From contig DATKML010000034.1 of NCBI GenBank assembly GCA_035541875.1, positions 56,367-120,366 on the forward strand: a stretch of 64,000 nucleotides of DNA, written 5' to 3'. A program made the position numbers and the translations under genes. This document shows positions 1 to 11,092 of the stretch, in pieces. The notes beneath the pieces were generated by a model, which did no database searches, had not been told where the DNA came from, and worked only from the letters and a program-made list of their open reading frames with translations. This stretch comes from Candidatus Binataceae bacterium (lineage in GTDB: Bacteria; Desulfobacterota; Binatia; Binatales; Binataceae). The first letter of the stretch is position 1. Each line of letters begins with the position of its first letter.

Positions 1-955
1 CGGCTGTATCAACGATCACGGCGCTGGCCTTGCGGGCGACCGCCGCCTTGACCGCATCGAAAGCCACCGCTGCCGGATCGGAACCCGCCTTCTGCTTGAT
101 AAGCTCGACGCCGGCTCGTTCGCACCAGACCTCGAGTTGCTCAATGGCTGCCGCGCGGAACGTGTCGGCCGCTGCGACGAGCACCGTGCCCTGCTCTTTG
201 AACATCCCGGCGAGCTTGGCCACCGTCGTCGTCTTTCCGACGCCGTTAACTCCCACCATGATGATCACGAGAGGTGCGTCGCCACTGTCGGCAAAGGGAC
301 GTTCGACCGCTAGGAGCATCCGCTCGATCTCTTCCTTAAGCGCCTCGCGAACGAACTCAGGTCGCCCATCATTCTTGAGCCGCGAGCGCACCTGTTCGAC
401 GATCTTGAGGCTCGTCTCAACGCCGACGTCCGCACCGATCAGCGCCTCTTCCAGGCCTTCGTAAATTTCATCGAGCTTGGCACTGCCGGTAATTGCCGCG
501 CGGATACGCGAGAGAAAATTCTCACGCGTGCGCCGCAACCCGAGTCCGATCCGCGACGGCGCCTTGGTCGGCGCAGTCGGGGGAGCTTCCCCAACGACGG
601 GCTCCGCCGCCGCAGGTTCTTCGATAGTTGCTTCAGCCTCAGGGGCCTCGACTTCTACTTCCGGTAGAGGAGCCGTCTCTTCGGCTAAGACCTCGATTGG
701 AGCAGCAAGTTCTTCTGCTTCGATCGATGGAGCTTCAGCAGATTCCGCTGCCAACTCAGGTTGCGCTTCTTCGACGGGCGCAGCCTCTGCGATCGACTCG
801 ACCTGGGGTTGTACTGGAACCTCAGCCCGAGCCGGTTTTGCGGATACGGCCGACGGCTGGGCCTTGCGGCGGCTGAACTGGATCAGCACCGCGACCACGA
901 GCAATGGTATCTGCCCCGCAACGGCGATGATCAGCAATATTTCGAGCGTCGACAC
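1..955 (-). CDS. ftsY: Signal recognition particle receptor FtsY; the C-terminal end runs off the window edge. It has an N-terminal TM helix followed by an acidic A/E-rich domain.
   Basis: The minus-strand translation contains [18 protein letters not shown] (GTPase P-loop) and DTAGR-type downstream motifs. The GTG start at complement 953-955 is followed by a hydrophobic helix [22 protein letters not shown]. The listed plus-strand ORFs 30..464 and 477..1070 are wrong-frame images of this gene. Confidence 0.85.
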   Translation of the reverse strand, partial: MSTLEILLIIAVAGQIPLLVVAVLIQFSRRKAQPSAVSAKPARAEVPVQPQVESIAEAAPVEEAQPELAAESAEAPSIEAEELAAPIEVLAEETAPLPEVEVEAPEAEATIEEPAAAEPVVGEAPPTAPTKAPSRIGLGLRRTRENFLSRIRAAITGSAKLDEIYEGLEEALIGADVGVETSLKIVEQVRSRLKNDGRPEFVREALKEEIERMLLAVERPFADSGDAPLVIIMVGVNGVGKTTTVAKLAGMFKEQGTVLVAAADTFRAAAIEQLEVWCERAGVELIKQKAGSDPAAVAFDAVKAAVARKASAVIVDTA

Positions 956-1157
956 GGAAAGTAAGCTTTGCCTCTTATCTCGGGCGTCCTGGAGACGCGC
1001 AATTCCGGCGCTATCGCACGGTCGCGAAGTTCGCGCGCACCAAGAATACCAACATCGACGCGAAAGCTAAAACCGATCGGCGGCGTCGCGAGCCATCCAA
1101 TAAAAAATGACGTGACCTCTTGGCGCTCTTCGGGTTGAGGTTCCTGTGCTCCTCAAA

Positions 1158-3320
1158 TTATTTTTTGCGTAAATCGAACATTCCGGTCAGATCTCCAATC
1201 GCCGGGCTATTGGATGGAATATACGGTAGCGCAGTAGCGCTAATCGGATTGGGCAAATTATCCCGGCTACGCTTGGAGAGAGGTTTAAGTCTCCAGTTCC
1301 ACTCGATGAACTTGAGGATCGATGCGTGATCCGAATAGGTGTGATCGACGAAACCTGCTTTTGCGTAGGGCGAAACCGCAAGCATCACCGTCCGAGGACC
1401 ATCGCCGAAAAAGTCGATCGGCTGGATATACCCGCTGTCGTACTCACCACCGGACTCGTCGAACGTGATCAAGACTGCCGTCGATTGCCAAAGCTTCGGA
1501 TTGTCTTGAAGAGTCTGAACGATGTTCTGAGCGAACGCCTCGAACAAGGACATGGTCGAAGTACCCGGATGTCCGTCGATCAAAACGCTCGGCTTAACAA
1601 ACGACACGGCGGGCAGCTTGTTGCTTCTCGCATCGCTGTAAAAAGAATTTAGGTCCTGGATATTCTTCTTGAGCGAGGTCGTCATGATCGACTTGGCGTA
1701 CTGAAAGCCGTTGCATATCGCACAGTACAAGCCGTTGTCGGGCGCTGATTCGCCGGCCTGATTGTAGCCATCGCCGTAGTATTTCCAGGAGATCTTCTTC
1801 TTCGACAACGCATCACCGATGGTCGGAATCGTCTGCGGGCCGATCGAGAAATGTGAGCCCGCGGGAAACTCGTTGGCCGCAGTCGGAGAAGTTGCGATCG
1901 GATTTCCCAGATGGTCGTACGCAGGATACTCATTGTTTATCTGGTAGTAGGTGCCGGCCGCGCAATTGTTCTGGTTAAAGGTCTTGTAGGGCAACTGGCC
2001 CAGATAATTTACGATCGCTGAAACACCGTGCTGAGATGTGTCGGAGCAGTTCGTCGCACCACCAAAACTGGTGCTTCCGGCATCCGCAGGCGGCAACGTG
2101 TCTTGCGTATAGAAATTATTCGAACCGGGAAGCGGGTCCGGATTATCTATCAAATCCGCGCTGGGAATGACCGGGGCTCCACTACCCGAGGGATCGGCGA
2201 AATAGAAAACATCGCCGGTAAAAATGGCCTGCGAGTTTGGCCCCGTGCCGCCCATTATCGCCTGATGGTAGTTGTCGTTCAGAGCGTATTTCTGGGCGAA
2301 GCTCTGCAGAACCGGCAGCTCACCCGCAGCCATGTTGTAGATTCCCATCGCCACGCCGCCCTGATACGTCCCCTCATCATCGGTAGGTGCTGTGCAATGC
2401 GTGTTCCCGATAGTAGGCACGCACTGTCCAGTAAGCCCCCATCCCTGCGTCGTTGCCACCCATGTCACGAGATCATGCATACAGCCGCTGGGATTCTCAG
2501 CCGTTGCCGTGCTGATATTGCAATCGGCTTGTTGCCACATCTGGTAGAAGCGATGAACTGGGTCCCCGGTATTGTCGGTCACTGCGGTTGCGGTCGGGGG
2601 CGAGTTCGGTTCGCCGAGCTCCGCCAACAAACTACCAATTGGAAGACACTTGGTTGCATCGAACAGCGGCGCACCCGCCAGCGCCGCAAAATAGCGACCG
2701 GGATTAATCAGCGGGTAGGGAGAATTGGGAAGCGGAAACGCCGTACCCGCGTTGTCCGCCAGCAGTTCATATCTGCAATCGGGTTGCGGGCTGAGACCCA
2801 GGGTAGTGTAAAAGAAGGACTGATGAGTTCCGCTCAACGAGATCAGGTACTGATCGTCCGATGCTAACCCCGGGTCACTACAGGTCGGCGCTCCGGCCGT
2901 CAGTCCAAGCGCCAACGTCAAAGATGAGAGCAAGCATGGAGAAGCAGGTAGACCATTGAGACCGGTACTGGGCTGCGGGAGATTCGCGTAGGACCCGGTC
3001 TGTGTTGGGCTGAGCTCGTAGGTCGACGTGTCGGTCGCCTGATTTTGTGACGGTGTCGGTTGGCTGCCGCCGAAGATTCCATTGGGGAATCCGGTTCCGT
3101 TAACGACTCCCTCGGAGAGCAGGTTGTGCACTGATTGAGTCGGATCGGGCGGCGTATAGGTCGCAAAAAGATTATCGAAACTTCGATTCTCCCCGATCAC
3201 GACGATCAGGTGTTTGATTGGGCTTCGGCTCCCGGCGGCAAAGGCCATTCCGATCTGACCCAGCCAGAGACAAACGGCGGCGAGGACGCCGACCACGCTT
3301 TGAATGCGTCTACCAGTCAT
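1158..3320 (-). CDS. Phosphoesterase family protein (phospholipase C / acid phosphatase AcpA-like, PF04185) with an N-terminal Tat-like signal.
   Basis: It contains IKHLIVVIGENRSFDNLFATY and the C-terminal DESGGEYDSGYIQPIDFFGDGPRTVM...SDHASILKFIEWNW, both typical of the phosphoesterase family. The start is trimmed to the internal ATG at 3320, which is preceded by GGAGG. The N-terminus MTGRRIQSVVGVLAAVCLWLG reads as an RR signal peptide. Confidence 0.8.
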   Translation of the reverse strand: MTGRRIQSVVGVLAAVCLWLGQIGMAFAAGSRSPIKHLIVVIGENRSFDNLFATYTPPDPTQSVHNLLSEGVVNGTGFPNGIFGGSQPTPSQNQATDTSTYELSPTQTGSYANLPQPSTGLNGLPASPCLLSSLTLALGLTAGAPTCSDPGLASDDQYLISLSGTHQSFFYTTLGLSPQPDCRYELLADNAGTAFPLPNSPYPLINPGRYFAALAGAPLFDATKCLPIGSLLAELGEPNSPPTATAVTDNTGDPVHRFYQMWQQADCNISTATAENPSGCMHDLVTWVATTQGWGLTGQCVPTIGNTHCTAPTDDEGTYQGGVAMGIYNMAAGELPVLQSFAQKYALNDNYHQAIMGGTGPNSQAIFTGDVFYFADPSGSGAPVIPSADLIDNPDPLPGSNNFYTQDTLPPADAGSTSFGGATNCSDTSQHGVSAIVNYLGQLPYKTFNQNNCAAGTYYQINNEYPAYDHLGNPIATSPTAANEFPAGSHFSIGPQTIPTIGDALSKKKISWKYYGDGYNQAGESAPDNGLYCAICNGFQYAKSIMTTSLKKNIQDLNSFYSDARSNKLPAVSFVKPSVLIDGHPGTSTMSLFEAFAQNIVQTLQDNPKLWQSTAVLITFDESGGEYDSGYIQPIDFFGDGPRTVMLAVSPYAKAGFVDHTYSDHASILKFIEWNWRLKPLSKRSRDNLPNPISATALPYIPSNSPAIGDLTGMFDLRKK

Positions 3321-3458
3321 CAATATCGCTGCCTCCGCCGAGCTTTGCGATCTGCTCGACCGAACCGGCTTATCCGGGGTGGAAAAGGCGCATGCCCGGA
3401 AGCTCCCTACGAGCATGGCTCGATCATTTACGAAACCTCGAAATCCAGCCGGTAGGAC

Positions 3459-6400
3459 TTATGCCGCCTGGGGGATCGTCAGTGAAATCAGACGAGAGAT
3501 TCCGGGACGCTCCATCGTAACGCCATGGATATGATCCGCAGCCTGCATCGTCCGCTGGTTGTGCGTGATGATGATAAATTGCGAACGCGCTTTGAGTTCG
3601 CGCACCAGTGTGGTGAAAGCTGCTAGGCTGAACTCGTCGAGCGGCGCATCGACCTCGTCCATCACACAGAACGGACTCGGATTGAGGAGGAAGAGCGAGA
3701 AGATCAACGCCATCGCGGAAAGGGCCTTCTCGCCACCCGAGAGCAGGCCGATCTCTTTCACTTTCTTGCCGACCGGCTGTACAAGGATATTCACCCCGGC
3801 TTCCAGCACATCGTCGGCTTCCGTTAGTTCGAGACGGCCCTTCCCTCCGCGCATCAGCTTGGGAAATAGCTCTTCAAAGTTGCGGGCCGCACCTTCGAAG
3901 GTCTCGGCAAAGCGGCGACGGGCCTCGCGATTCAACTTTTGAATCGTATGGGCCAAATCGTCGGCGGCCGCTTTCAGATCGGCACGCTCGGCGTTCAGAG
4001 CGCTGCTGCGCTCTTCGAGTTCACGCACTTCCGATTCAGCGGCCAGGTTCACCTCGCCGATACGCTCGGCGCGGGTGCGAAGTTCCGCGAGCCGATTCGC
4101 ATCAGCCTCGGGATCGCGATCGGCGAGTTGCCCGCGCAACTCATGAGCCCGATCGTCGAACATCGCCTTGAACTTCTCAGTGAAACCGCGCTCGTACTCT
4201 TCGATCAATGTCCGCGCGCGCTCCCGCCGAATCTGGCAATGGGTAGCCTCAGTTTCGAGCGCGGTAGACTGCTCGCGTGCGCTTTTCAGTTGCACGCGCG
4301 AGGCTTCGACTTCCTTTTCGGTCTCGCGTACCGCTTGAGTAAGGGTCCCGACCGCGGTTGCGAGTTCCGAAACACGGCTCTGCGCTGCCTCATCCTGAGC
4401 CGCCAAGCCAGCTAACTCCTGTTCGAATTCGGCACGTTCAGTAGCCGCTCGCGCGATCTCCTCATGATGGCGTCGGATCTGCGCCTCCAGACCAGCAGCC
4501 TTGTCACGCTGATGACGCAGTTCCTGCGCGAGCGCTGCCAACGCCGCTTTGCGTGTCTCCACCCGGGCGGCCAGTGCACGAGTCTCTTCGCCAAGCCGCG
4601 TCGCTTCTTCGCGATTCCGGGCGAGATCATTTGCCGCATCCGAGAGCTTCTCGCGCGCCTCTTGCTCCAGCCGCGCCAACTCTTCGAGTCGGTCGTTGGC
4701 GGTCTGCACCAGATTCACAACCTCGGCGGAGCGGCGCTCCAACGAGGCGCGATTAGCTTCCACCAGTGCGAGACGTTGCTCGGCTTTCGCGACCTGACTG
4801 CGGGCTTCATCAAGACGTCGCTCCGCCTCCACGAGATGAGCCTTGGCGCGGCGCACTCCTTCGAGTTCGTCGCGAAGAGCCAAACGTGCCCATCCGCTTT
4901 GCCTTACAATTACCTCGTGATCAGCTTCGGCTTCGGCAACCGCACGCTCCGCTGCTTCGAGCGTCAGCGCCCGTTGGCGCATCCCGAGTTCGGCTTCGTC
5001 TTCCACATGAACACCGCTGCCACCGCTGATCAGATGATCGGGTGAGAGCAGGTCACCATCGCGAGTCACGAAAACCGTTCCGCGTCCGTTCAGGTTCGAG
5101 GCGGCCTGTGCCGAGCGCAGATCGTCGGCGACCATCACGTGGCCCATCAACGCCTCGGCTATCGGAGCGTAGCGCGGCTCGACCTCGACCATGTCGAGCA
5201 AGCGCCCGGCGATACCCGGCGCGTCGATCGCATCGTGCGGAGTTCCGGTCGCTTGAAGCGCTTCGGGAATGAAGCTCATCCGGCCGGCCTGTTGCTGTTT
5301 CAGAATTTCAACCGCGCGCAATGCAAAGTTGGGCGATTGAATGATTACACCGTCGAGCTGTTCACCAAGTACAGCCCGGAGAGCGGGCTCCAACGCGGGC
5401 GGCGCTTTCATCACTTCGAGCAACATTGGCGGACGCGTCGCCGGGCCGTCACCATTGAGCGACTGCAGTACACTGCTCAGACGCTCGCTTGCCCCATTGG
5501 GCATAATCCGCCGCGCATTCACGAGCGCGCGGTCGCGACGCTGGCGCGCAGCCGCCAACGCCTGATTACTCTGCTCAAGCGCCGAGCGGAGCTGGAACTC
5601 GCGCTCGCTGGTTTCGCGCTGTTCGGCCTCACGGGCGGTGATTCCGTCGCGAGCGAGCAGAGTAACTTCGGTCGCCTGCGCGAGAGCGCCACGAGCCGTG
5701 TTAAGTGCCTCTGCCAATCGCGGCAGTTCCTCGGTGACCGTGGCGATCCGCTGTTCATTATCGGCGCGCTCGCCGGACAGATCCCCGAGCCGTCCACGCG
5801 TCACCGCCGCCTGACGAATCAGTTCTGAAAGATTGTCCTTAAGCGCTTCGACCCGCTTTTCAGCCTGGCGCAGAGCGGCCTCAGCCTCGCGCTGACTGTT
5901 GCGAAGCTGGCTGAGTTTGCTCTCGCTCTCGCTGTCATCGGCCCGCTTTTCTCGTGCCAGCTTGGCGCCGGCAAAGGCGCGCCCAGCCCGAGCAGCCGTG
6001 ATTTGCGTCTCCAGGTCATGCAGCCGCGACGCAAGGCTCGGCGCCATCTCATTGAGATTCGAGAGACGGCGTTCCAGAAAACCACGCGTGCGCGCTCGTT
6101 CTTCGAAGGCGGTGCGCAGATTAGCGAGTTCGCGTTCGGTGTTGGCCAACCGATCGCGCAACGAGGCGAGTCTCGCCCCCGATTCGTCGACGGCTCGCTG
6201 CGATGATTCGACTGCCGTGCGAGCCGCTTCGGTCTGCTCGATCAGTTCCGCCTCACGCTCCGATTGAGCAACCAACTCTTCACGCTGTTCAAAGATCCGG
6301 CGCGCGGAGGTTAGCTGTTCCAACTCGCCGAGCTCGGCGCGAATCACCTTGTAGGCTTCAGCCTTCTTGGCCTGCCGGCGAGCGAAGTTGAGCTGTCGTT

Positions 6401-7007
6401 CGATTTCGTTGAGAACATCATCGACGCGAGCGAGATTTTCGCGTACGCGCTCAAGTTTGCGTTCGCTGATTTCGCGCCGCCCTTTGAAGAGCGAGAGCCC
6501 AGCCGCCTCCTCGACCATCGCGCGGAGTTCAATCGGCTTGGCTTGGATAATCTCGTCGATTCGCCCCTGCTCCACCAGCGCATAGCCGCGACTGTGGATC
6601 TGAGCTGCCATAAAGAATTCGGTGATATCTTTAAGGCGACATGGAATCTTGTTGATAAGATATTCGGAGTCACCGTTGCGGTAGACTCGTCGGGTTACGG
6701 CGATTTCGCTAAGTGCAGTGTAGGGTTCGGGAAGTGTGCTACCCGCCTCGGCTTCAAGCAGTAGCGTGACCTCGGCCATGCCGGCTGGGGCGTTCGAATC
6801 GTTACCGGCATAGATAAGGTCTTCGGCGGATTTGCCGCGGAGTCGAGTCGGTGCCTGCTCGCCCAAAACCCAGCGAATCGCGTCGACAACGTTCGATTTC
6901 CCGCAACCGTTCGGACCCACCACGGCGGTGACGCCTGGGCTAAAGCTAATTACCGTAGGATCGAGAAAGGATTTGAAGCCTACAACATCAAGGCTCTTAA
7001 GACGCAT
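3459..7007 (-). CDS. smc: Chromosome segregation protein SMC.
   Basis: The protein is 1182 aa. The N-terminus is [14 protein letters not shown]...[21 protein letters not shown] (Walker A). It has long coiled coils, a hinge, and a C-terminal LSGGEK...DEVDAPLD signature plus Walker B. Confidence 0.95.
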   Translation of the reverse strand: MRLKSLDVVGFKSFLDPTVISFSPGVTAVVGPNGCGKSNVVDAIRWVLGEQAPTRLRGKSAEDLIYAGNDSNAPAGMAEVTLLLEAEAGSTLPEPYTALSEIAVTRRVYRNGDSEYLINKIPCRLKDITEFFMAAQIHSRGYALVEQGRIDEIIQAKPIELRAMVEEAAGLSLFKGRREISERKLERVRENLARVDDVLNEIERQLNFARRQAKKAEAYKVIRAELGELEQLTSARRIFEQREELVAQSEREAELIEQTEAARTAVESSQRAVDESGARLASLRDRLANTERELANLRTAFEERARTRGFLERRLSNLNEMAPSLASRLHDLETQITAARAGRAFAGAKLAREKRADDSESESKLSQLRNSQREAEAALRQAEKRVEALKDNLSELIRQAAVTRGRLGDLSGERADNEQRIATVTEELPRLAEALNTARGALAQATEVTLLARDGITAREAEQRETSEREFQLRSALEQSNQALAAARQRRDRALVNARRIMPNGASERLSSVLQSLNGDGPATRPPMLLEVMKAPPALEPALRAVLGEQLDGVIIQSPNFALRAVEILKQQQAGRMSFIPEALQATGTPHDAIDAPGIAGRLLDMVEVEPRYAPIAEALMGHVMVADDLRSAQAASNLNGRGTVFVTRDGDLLSPDHLISGGSGVHVEDEAELGMRQRALTLEAAERAVAEAEADHEVIVRQSGWARLALRDELEGVRRAKAHLVEAERRLDEARSQVAKAEQRLALVEANRASLERRSAEVVNLVQTANDRLEELARLEQEAREKLSDAANDLARNREEATRLGEETRALAARVETRKAALAALAQELRHQRDKAAGLEAQIRRHHEEIARAATERAEFEQELAGLAAQDEAAQSRVSELATAVGTLTQAVRETEKEVEASRVQLKSAREQSTALETEATHCQIRRERARTLIEEYERGFTEKFKAMFDDRAHELRGQLADRDPEADANRLAELRTRAERIGEVNLAAESEVRELEERSSALNAERADLKAAADDLAHTIQKLNREARRRFAETFEGAARNFEELFPKLMRGGKGRLELTEADDVLEAGVNILVQPVGKKVKEIGLLSGGEKALSAMALIFSLFLLNPSPFCVMDEVDAPLDEFSLAAFTTLVRELKARSQFIIITHNQRTMQAADHIHGVTMERPGISRLISLTIPQAA

Positions 7008-7154
7008 ACCGACGCCACCGCCTCCACCTCATTTCGGACCCCTTCAGCATACCCTACCCCGACCGTTGCCGGTCAAGGCTAACCGCTAGGGATAGTATGC
7101 TGATTCACTAACAGGCCCCGCATCTTGAGTCGGGGTCTGTGGATAATACGAGCA

Positions 7155-7787
7155 TCAGTCCTGAATCAATTCAGTATTCCAGTAGGCTGCATCGACGGTC
7201 GTCAGGAATGGCATCCATTCCTGATACCGGCGCAAGCTGAACATCTCGCTACTGAACGGAGTCCACTGGGGGCGCTTAGGCTTGCTAATCAAGACCATTC
7301 GCGCCTCTTCGGGTGTACGACCACCTTTGCGACGGTTACAGATGTGGCAGGAGCAGACCACGTTCTCCCAGGTCGATTGGCCGCCCTGCGAGCGTGGAAC
7401 TACATGGTCCAGGTTCAATTCCGTGCGCGGCAGACGGCGCGCGCAGTATTGGCAGGTATTGTTGTCCCGCGCGTAGATGTTAAAGCGCGAAAAACGCACG
7501 TGTCGCTTGGGGACGCGTTCATACGCCACCAGCAACAAGACGCGCGGAACCCGCACGACCCCGCCGATTACGCCAACGCGCTCATGATGCATCTCGACGG
7601 CGAGATCGCGCCAGCTGTTGAAATCAAAAGTGCGATACTGTTCATCAACGGCGCGCGCTACGCCCTGATATAGGAGCGCGAACGCACGTTTAACCGAAGT
7701 GACATGAACCGGCAGATAGGAGCGGTTAAGCACCAGAACGCGGGTGTTCAGAACCGCGCCCGTCGTCATTAGAGCTGTCGCGGCCAT
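7155..7787 (-). CDS. HNH endonuclease family protein.
   Basis: The HNH motif is LNLDHVVPRSQGGQSTWENVVCSCHICNRRK, and a CQYC zinc-binding pair lies upstream. Confidence 0.7.
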   Translation of the reverse strand: MAATALMTTGAVLNTRVLVLNRSYLPVHVTSVKRAFALLYQGVARAVDEQYRTFDFNSWRDLAVEMHHERVGVIGGVVRVPRVLLLVAYERVPKRHVRFSRFNIYARDNNTCQYCARRLPRTELNLDHVVPRSQGGQSTWENVVCSCHICNRRKGGRTPEEARMVLISKPKRPQWTPFSSEMFSLRRYQEWMPFLTTVDAAYWNTELIQD

Positions 7788-7854
7788 GCACTAGTCGTAG
7801 CCAGCCTAGCCCACCCGAGTCAAGTAGAACGCCATTATCAATGCGTTATGACTG

Positions 7855-8637
7855 CTATGGATTGAAGAACAGCCGCGTGACGTTCGCCTCGGTCTTGGCC
7901 GCGAGATCGCCTACGTCGACACTACGTAAACGGGCCAGAACTTCGAGGGTGCGCAAAACAAAAGATGGTTCATTGCGCTTGCCGCGATACGGCTCAGGAG
8001 CAAGATACGGGGAATCCGTCTCGACCATCAGGCGATTTTCGGGCACCACCGTCGCCGCGGCTTGTAGCGACCGAGAATTGCTAAACGTGAGAATCCCGGA
8101 AAAGGAGATATAGAACCCCGCCTCAACGAAACGGCACGCAGCATCGGCGTCGCCGGTGAAGCAGTGGATAACCCCGCCACGCGGCGGCATCCCGACTTCC
8201 CCAACAATCGCGAAGACGCGCTCCTCCGCGTCGCGACAATGGATCACGATTGGCTTCTTCAGCTCGGCCGCCAATTCCAGATGAACCCGCAAAGCGGCTT
8301 CCTGTGCCTCGCGCGGCGAGTGCATGTAATGAAAATCCAGACCGCTCTCACCAATCGCGATTACACGTTCAGACGCCGCCAGGTCACGTAGTGCGTCGAG
8401 ACGTTGCGCATCGCAATCCTTGGCATCGTGCGGATGGACTCCGATCGATGCGAAGACCGACGAATTGCTCTCCGCGATACTGACCGTCAGCCGATCAGTT
8501 TCGATCGAACCAATCGCTCCGACCGAGATTAAGCGCATCACACCCGCGGCGTGGGCTCGCTCGATCGTCGCATCGGTCTCATCGCGCAGGCGAGGGTCCG
8601 CCAGATGGCAATGGCTGTCGGTGACTGAAAGGCTCAA
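7855..8637 (-). CDS. tatD: TatD-family metal-dependent hydrolase/DNase.
   Basis: The N-terminal DSHCHL metal-binding motif is present. The protein is 260 aa, which matches the family. There is a 4-nt overlap with metG. Confidence 0.85.
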   Translation of the reverse strand: MSLSVTDSHCHLADPRLRDETDATIERAHAAGVMRLISVGAIGSIETDRLTVSIAESNSSVFASIGVHPHDAKDCDAQRLDALRDLAASERVIAIGESGLDFHYMHSPREAQEAALRVHLELAAELKKPIVIHCRDAEERVFAIVGEVGMPPRGGVIHCFTGDADAACRFVEAGFYISFSGILTFSNSRSLQAAATVVPENRLMVETDSPYLAPEPYRGKRNEPSFVLRTLEVLARLRSVDVGDLAAKTEANVTRLFFNP

Positions 8638-10190
8638 TTCTCGGCTTTTTCGATTCGCGGAAAGAGCGCCGTGGGAGCGTTCACCCTATGTCCCGACTTG
8701 AAGCCTGCGCCGTAAGGTGAACGAACTGAGACAGCGTCGAGGTTAAGCATCGCGAGGATCTTTCCGACGGTCACGGGCATGAACGGTTCGAGGTTATCGG
8801 CTATTACGCGCAACCCCTCGATCGCGTTGGTCAAAATCTGCGCCACACGCGGCATCTGTGCGGAATCCTTCGCCAGCGTGAACGGTGCCGTCGCGGCAAC
8901 ATATTTGTTCGCCGCGTCCAGTGCCTGCCAGATCGCTTCGAGCGCCCGATTCATCGCGAGATCGTCGACCAGCGCACCAACGCGAGTATCGAGACCCGCG
9001 AAGGCCTCGGCCAGCTTGCGATCTTCGTCAGCAGAGCCGCCGGGCGCTACCGTCAGTTCGCCGCCCAGATAGCGCTGGGCCATCGTCAGCACGCGACTCG
9101 TGAAATTGCCCAAGTCGTTCGCTAAATCGGCGTTGTAGCGCTCGGTCAAACGCTCTTCGGAAAAATCGCCATCGAGTCCGTACACGACTTCACGCATAAC
9201 GAAGTAGCGGAGGACGTCAGGACCGAAAGACTTCTCGTACGAAACCGGATCGCGCACGTTACCCGAGCTTTTCGACATCCGCGCGCCGCCAAAGTTCAGC
9301 CATCCGTGCACATTCAGATGCTTGAACAAATGTTTAAAGCCGGCAGCAAGGATCATCGGCGGCCAATAAACCGCATGCGTCTTGAGAATATCCTTGCCGA
9401 TAAAGTGCTCGGTATGGGGAAAGACGTCGCGCATGTAGCGATCGACGTCACCGGCATCGGTCGCGGGCTTGCTGACGTAAGTCCAGAAGGCGTCGTACCA
9501 GACGTAAGTGACGTACTTGGTATCGAAGGGAATCTCGATACCCCAGTCCATCCGCGACTTCGGCCGCGAGATACAGAGATCGGCGAGCGGCTCGGCGAGC
9601 ATATTCAGTGCTTCGTTGCGGTAACGTTCCGGCCGGATGAAATCGGGGTTATCCTTGATATGCTGCAGGACCTGCCCGCGGTATTTGTCGATCTTGAGGA
9701 AGTAGTTGCCCTCGCTAATTAGCTCGACCTTGCGATTATGTACGGGACAGACGTTGTCCGGAAGCAGTTCCTTCTCCGTGTAAAAGCGCTCGCAATCGAC
9801 ACAGTAGAGCCCTTCGTAATCGCGGAAGTAGATATCGCCGCGCTGGTAGGTACGAGTGAGCATCTCCTGCACGAACTTTTCGTGCACCGGATCCGTGGTC
9901 CGCACCCAGTAATCGAACTTGATATTGAGCCCGGCAAAGGCCTCGCGAAACAGCTCGCTCATCTGGTCGGTATAAGCCTGGGGCGCGAGATTCTGGGCGA
10001 GCGCGGCGCGGCGAATCTTGTCGCCGTGCTCATCGGTGCCGCTTAGAAACGTGACTTGATCGAGCCCTTGCTTGCGTCGTTGGCAGCGCGCAAAAACGTC
10101 CGCCGCGAGCGCTTCGTAAGCACTGCCGACGTGCGGGCTGCCGTTACAGTAGAAGATAGCAGTAGTGATATGGATACGGTCGCTCATCAA
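8634..10190 (-). CDS. metG: Methionine--tRNA ligase (short form without the C-terminal tRNA-binding domain).
   Basis: It has a class I HIGH-type N-terminus (AIFYCNGSPHVGSAYE) and the KMSKS motif (ARMSKSSGN). Confidence 0.95.
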   Translation of the reverse strand: MMSDRIHITTAIFYCNGSPHVGSAYEALAADVFARCQRRKQGLDQVTFLSGTDEHGDKIRRAALAQNLAPQAYTDQMSELFREAFAGLNIKFDYWVRTTDPVHEKFVQEMLTRTYQRGDIYFRDYEGLYCVDCERFYTEKELLPDNVCPVHNRKVELISEGNYFLKIDKYRGQVLQHIKDNPDFIRPERYRNEALNMLAEPLADLCISRPKSRMDWGIEIPFDTKYVTYVWYDAFWTYVSKPATDAGDVDRYMRDVFPHTEHFIGKDILKTHAVYWPPMILAAGFKHLFKHLNVHGWLNFGGARMSKSSGNVRDPVSYEKSFGPDVLRYFVMREVVYGLDGDFSEERLTERYNADLANDLGNFTSRVLTMAQRYLGGELTVAPGGSADEDRKLAEAFAGLDTRVGALVDDLAMNRALEAIWQALDAANKYVAATAPFTLAKDSAQMPRVAQILTNAIEGLRVIADNLEPFMPVTVGKILAMLNLDAVSVRSPYGAGFKSGHRVNAPTALFPRIEKAEN

Positions 10191-10192
10191 TA

Positions 10193-11092
10193 TCAGGATT
10201 CCGGTGCAGGTTCTTTCGGGTGGCGCGTGTCGACGAGATCCTCGAGCGTCGCTTCGACCAGACCGCCGTCATCTTCGAGCTGAATCGTCACGGTCTGCTT
10301 AAGGATATTCTGGCGGAAGACCTTGCCGTTTCCCTTTACCGACTCGACCCGTTTGCCCTGATTCGGCAGGGCGCGTTTCAGTTCGACATATGTGGCGTAT
10401 TCGTAGCGCAAGCAGCATTTGAGCCGGCCGCACATCCCGGCCAACCGCGACGGGTTCAAAGCGAGCCCCTGATCGCGCGCCATCTTGACCGTAACCGCCT
10501 CGAAATCGCGCAGAAACGAGGTGCAGCAGAGCTCGCGTCCGCACGGCCCGATACCGCCGACGACCTTCGTTTCGTCGCGGGCGCCGATTTGTTTCATCTC
10601 AACGCGGACCCGCAAAGTGTTCGCGAGATCACGGACGAGGTCACGAAAATCGACGCGATTTTCGGCCACGAAGTAAAAGACTGCCTTGCGGCCATCGTAG
10701 GTGTACTCGGCCTTCACCAACTTCATCGGCAGGCCGCGCTCGTGGATTCGACTGACGCAGAGTCGCTCGGCTTGGGCCTCGCGAGTAAGCGCGTCCTCTT
10801 CGGCGCGAAAATCGTGATCGCTGGCGATTCGAAGCACGGGCCGGAGCGTAGCGAGGTCCAGCGTCATCGCCGGCTCATGCGGCTCCATCACCACGGTCGC
10901 GATTCGTTCGCCGGTCTCGGTTTCGACCATTACGCGATCGCCGCGACGCAACGCATGGGCGCCGGCCAGATAAGTGTACAGGCGGCCGGTTGGCTGAAGG
11001 GCTACCGCAACGATCTGAGGTGGTCGTTCGCCACCATCAAATGAGTCGCCTCCATCTGGAGACTGGCCATCGAGTATTTGGGTATCCGGCAC
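10193..11092 (-). CDS. PSP1 C-terminal domain protein (YaaT/RicT-like).
   Basis: It carries a Cys-rich PSP1 core (GPCGRELCCTSFL...CGRLKCCLRYE). Its position immediately downstream of holB is the conserved one, with an ATGA overlap. Confidence 0.8.
   Translation of the reverse strand: MPDTQILDGQSPDGGDSFDGGERPPQIVAVALQPTGRLYTYLAGAHALRRGDRVMVETETGERIATVVMEPHEPAMTLDLATLRPVLRIASDHDFRAEEDALTREAQAERLCVSRIHERGLPMKLVKAEYTYDGRKAVFYFVAENRVDFRDLVRDLANTLRVRVEMKQIGARDETKVVGGIGPCGRELCCTSFLRDFEAVTVKMARDQGLALNPSRLAGMCGRLKCCLRYEYATYVELKRALPNQGKRVESVKGNGKVFRQNILKQTVTIQLEDDGGLVEATLEDLVDTRHPKEPAPES

Noticed and set aside
30-1070. Plus-strand ORFs 30..464, 477..1070, 628..876 and 761..964
   Set aside because: They have an Ala/Ser/Arg-rich composition and no recognisable domains. 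They are alternative-frame images of the minus-strand ftsY, whose translation gives clear GTPase motifs.
7090-7154. Hairpin GACCCCGACTCAAGATGCGGGGCC downstream of the HNH gene as a terminator
   Set aside because: The stem is good, but there is no U-tract on the relevant strand. I left it unannotated.
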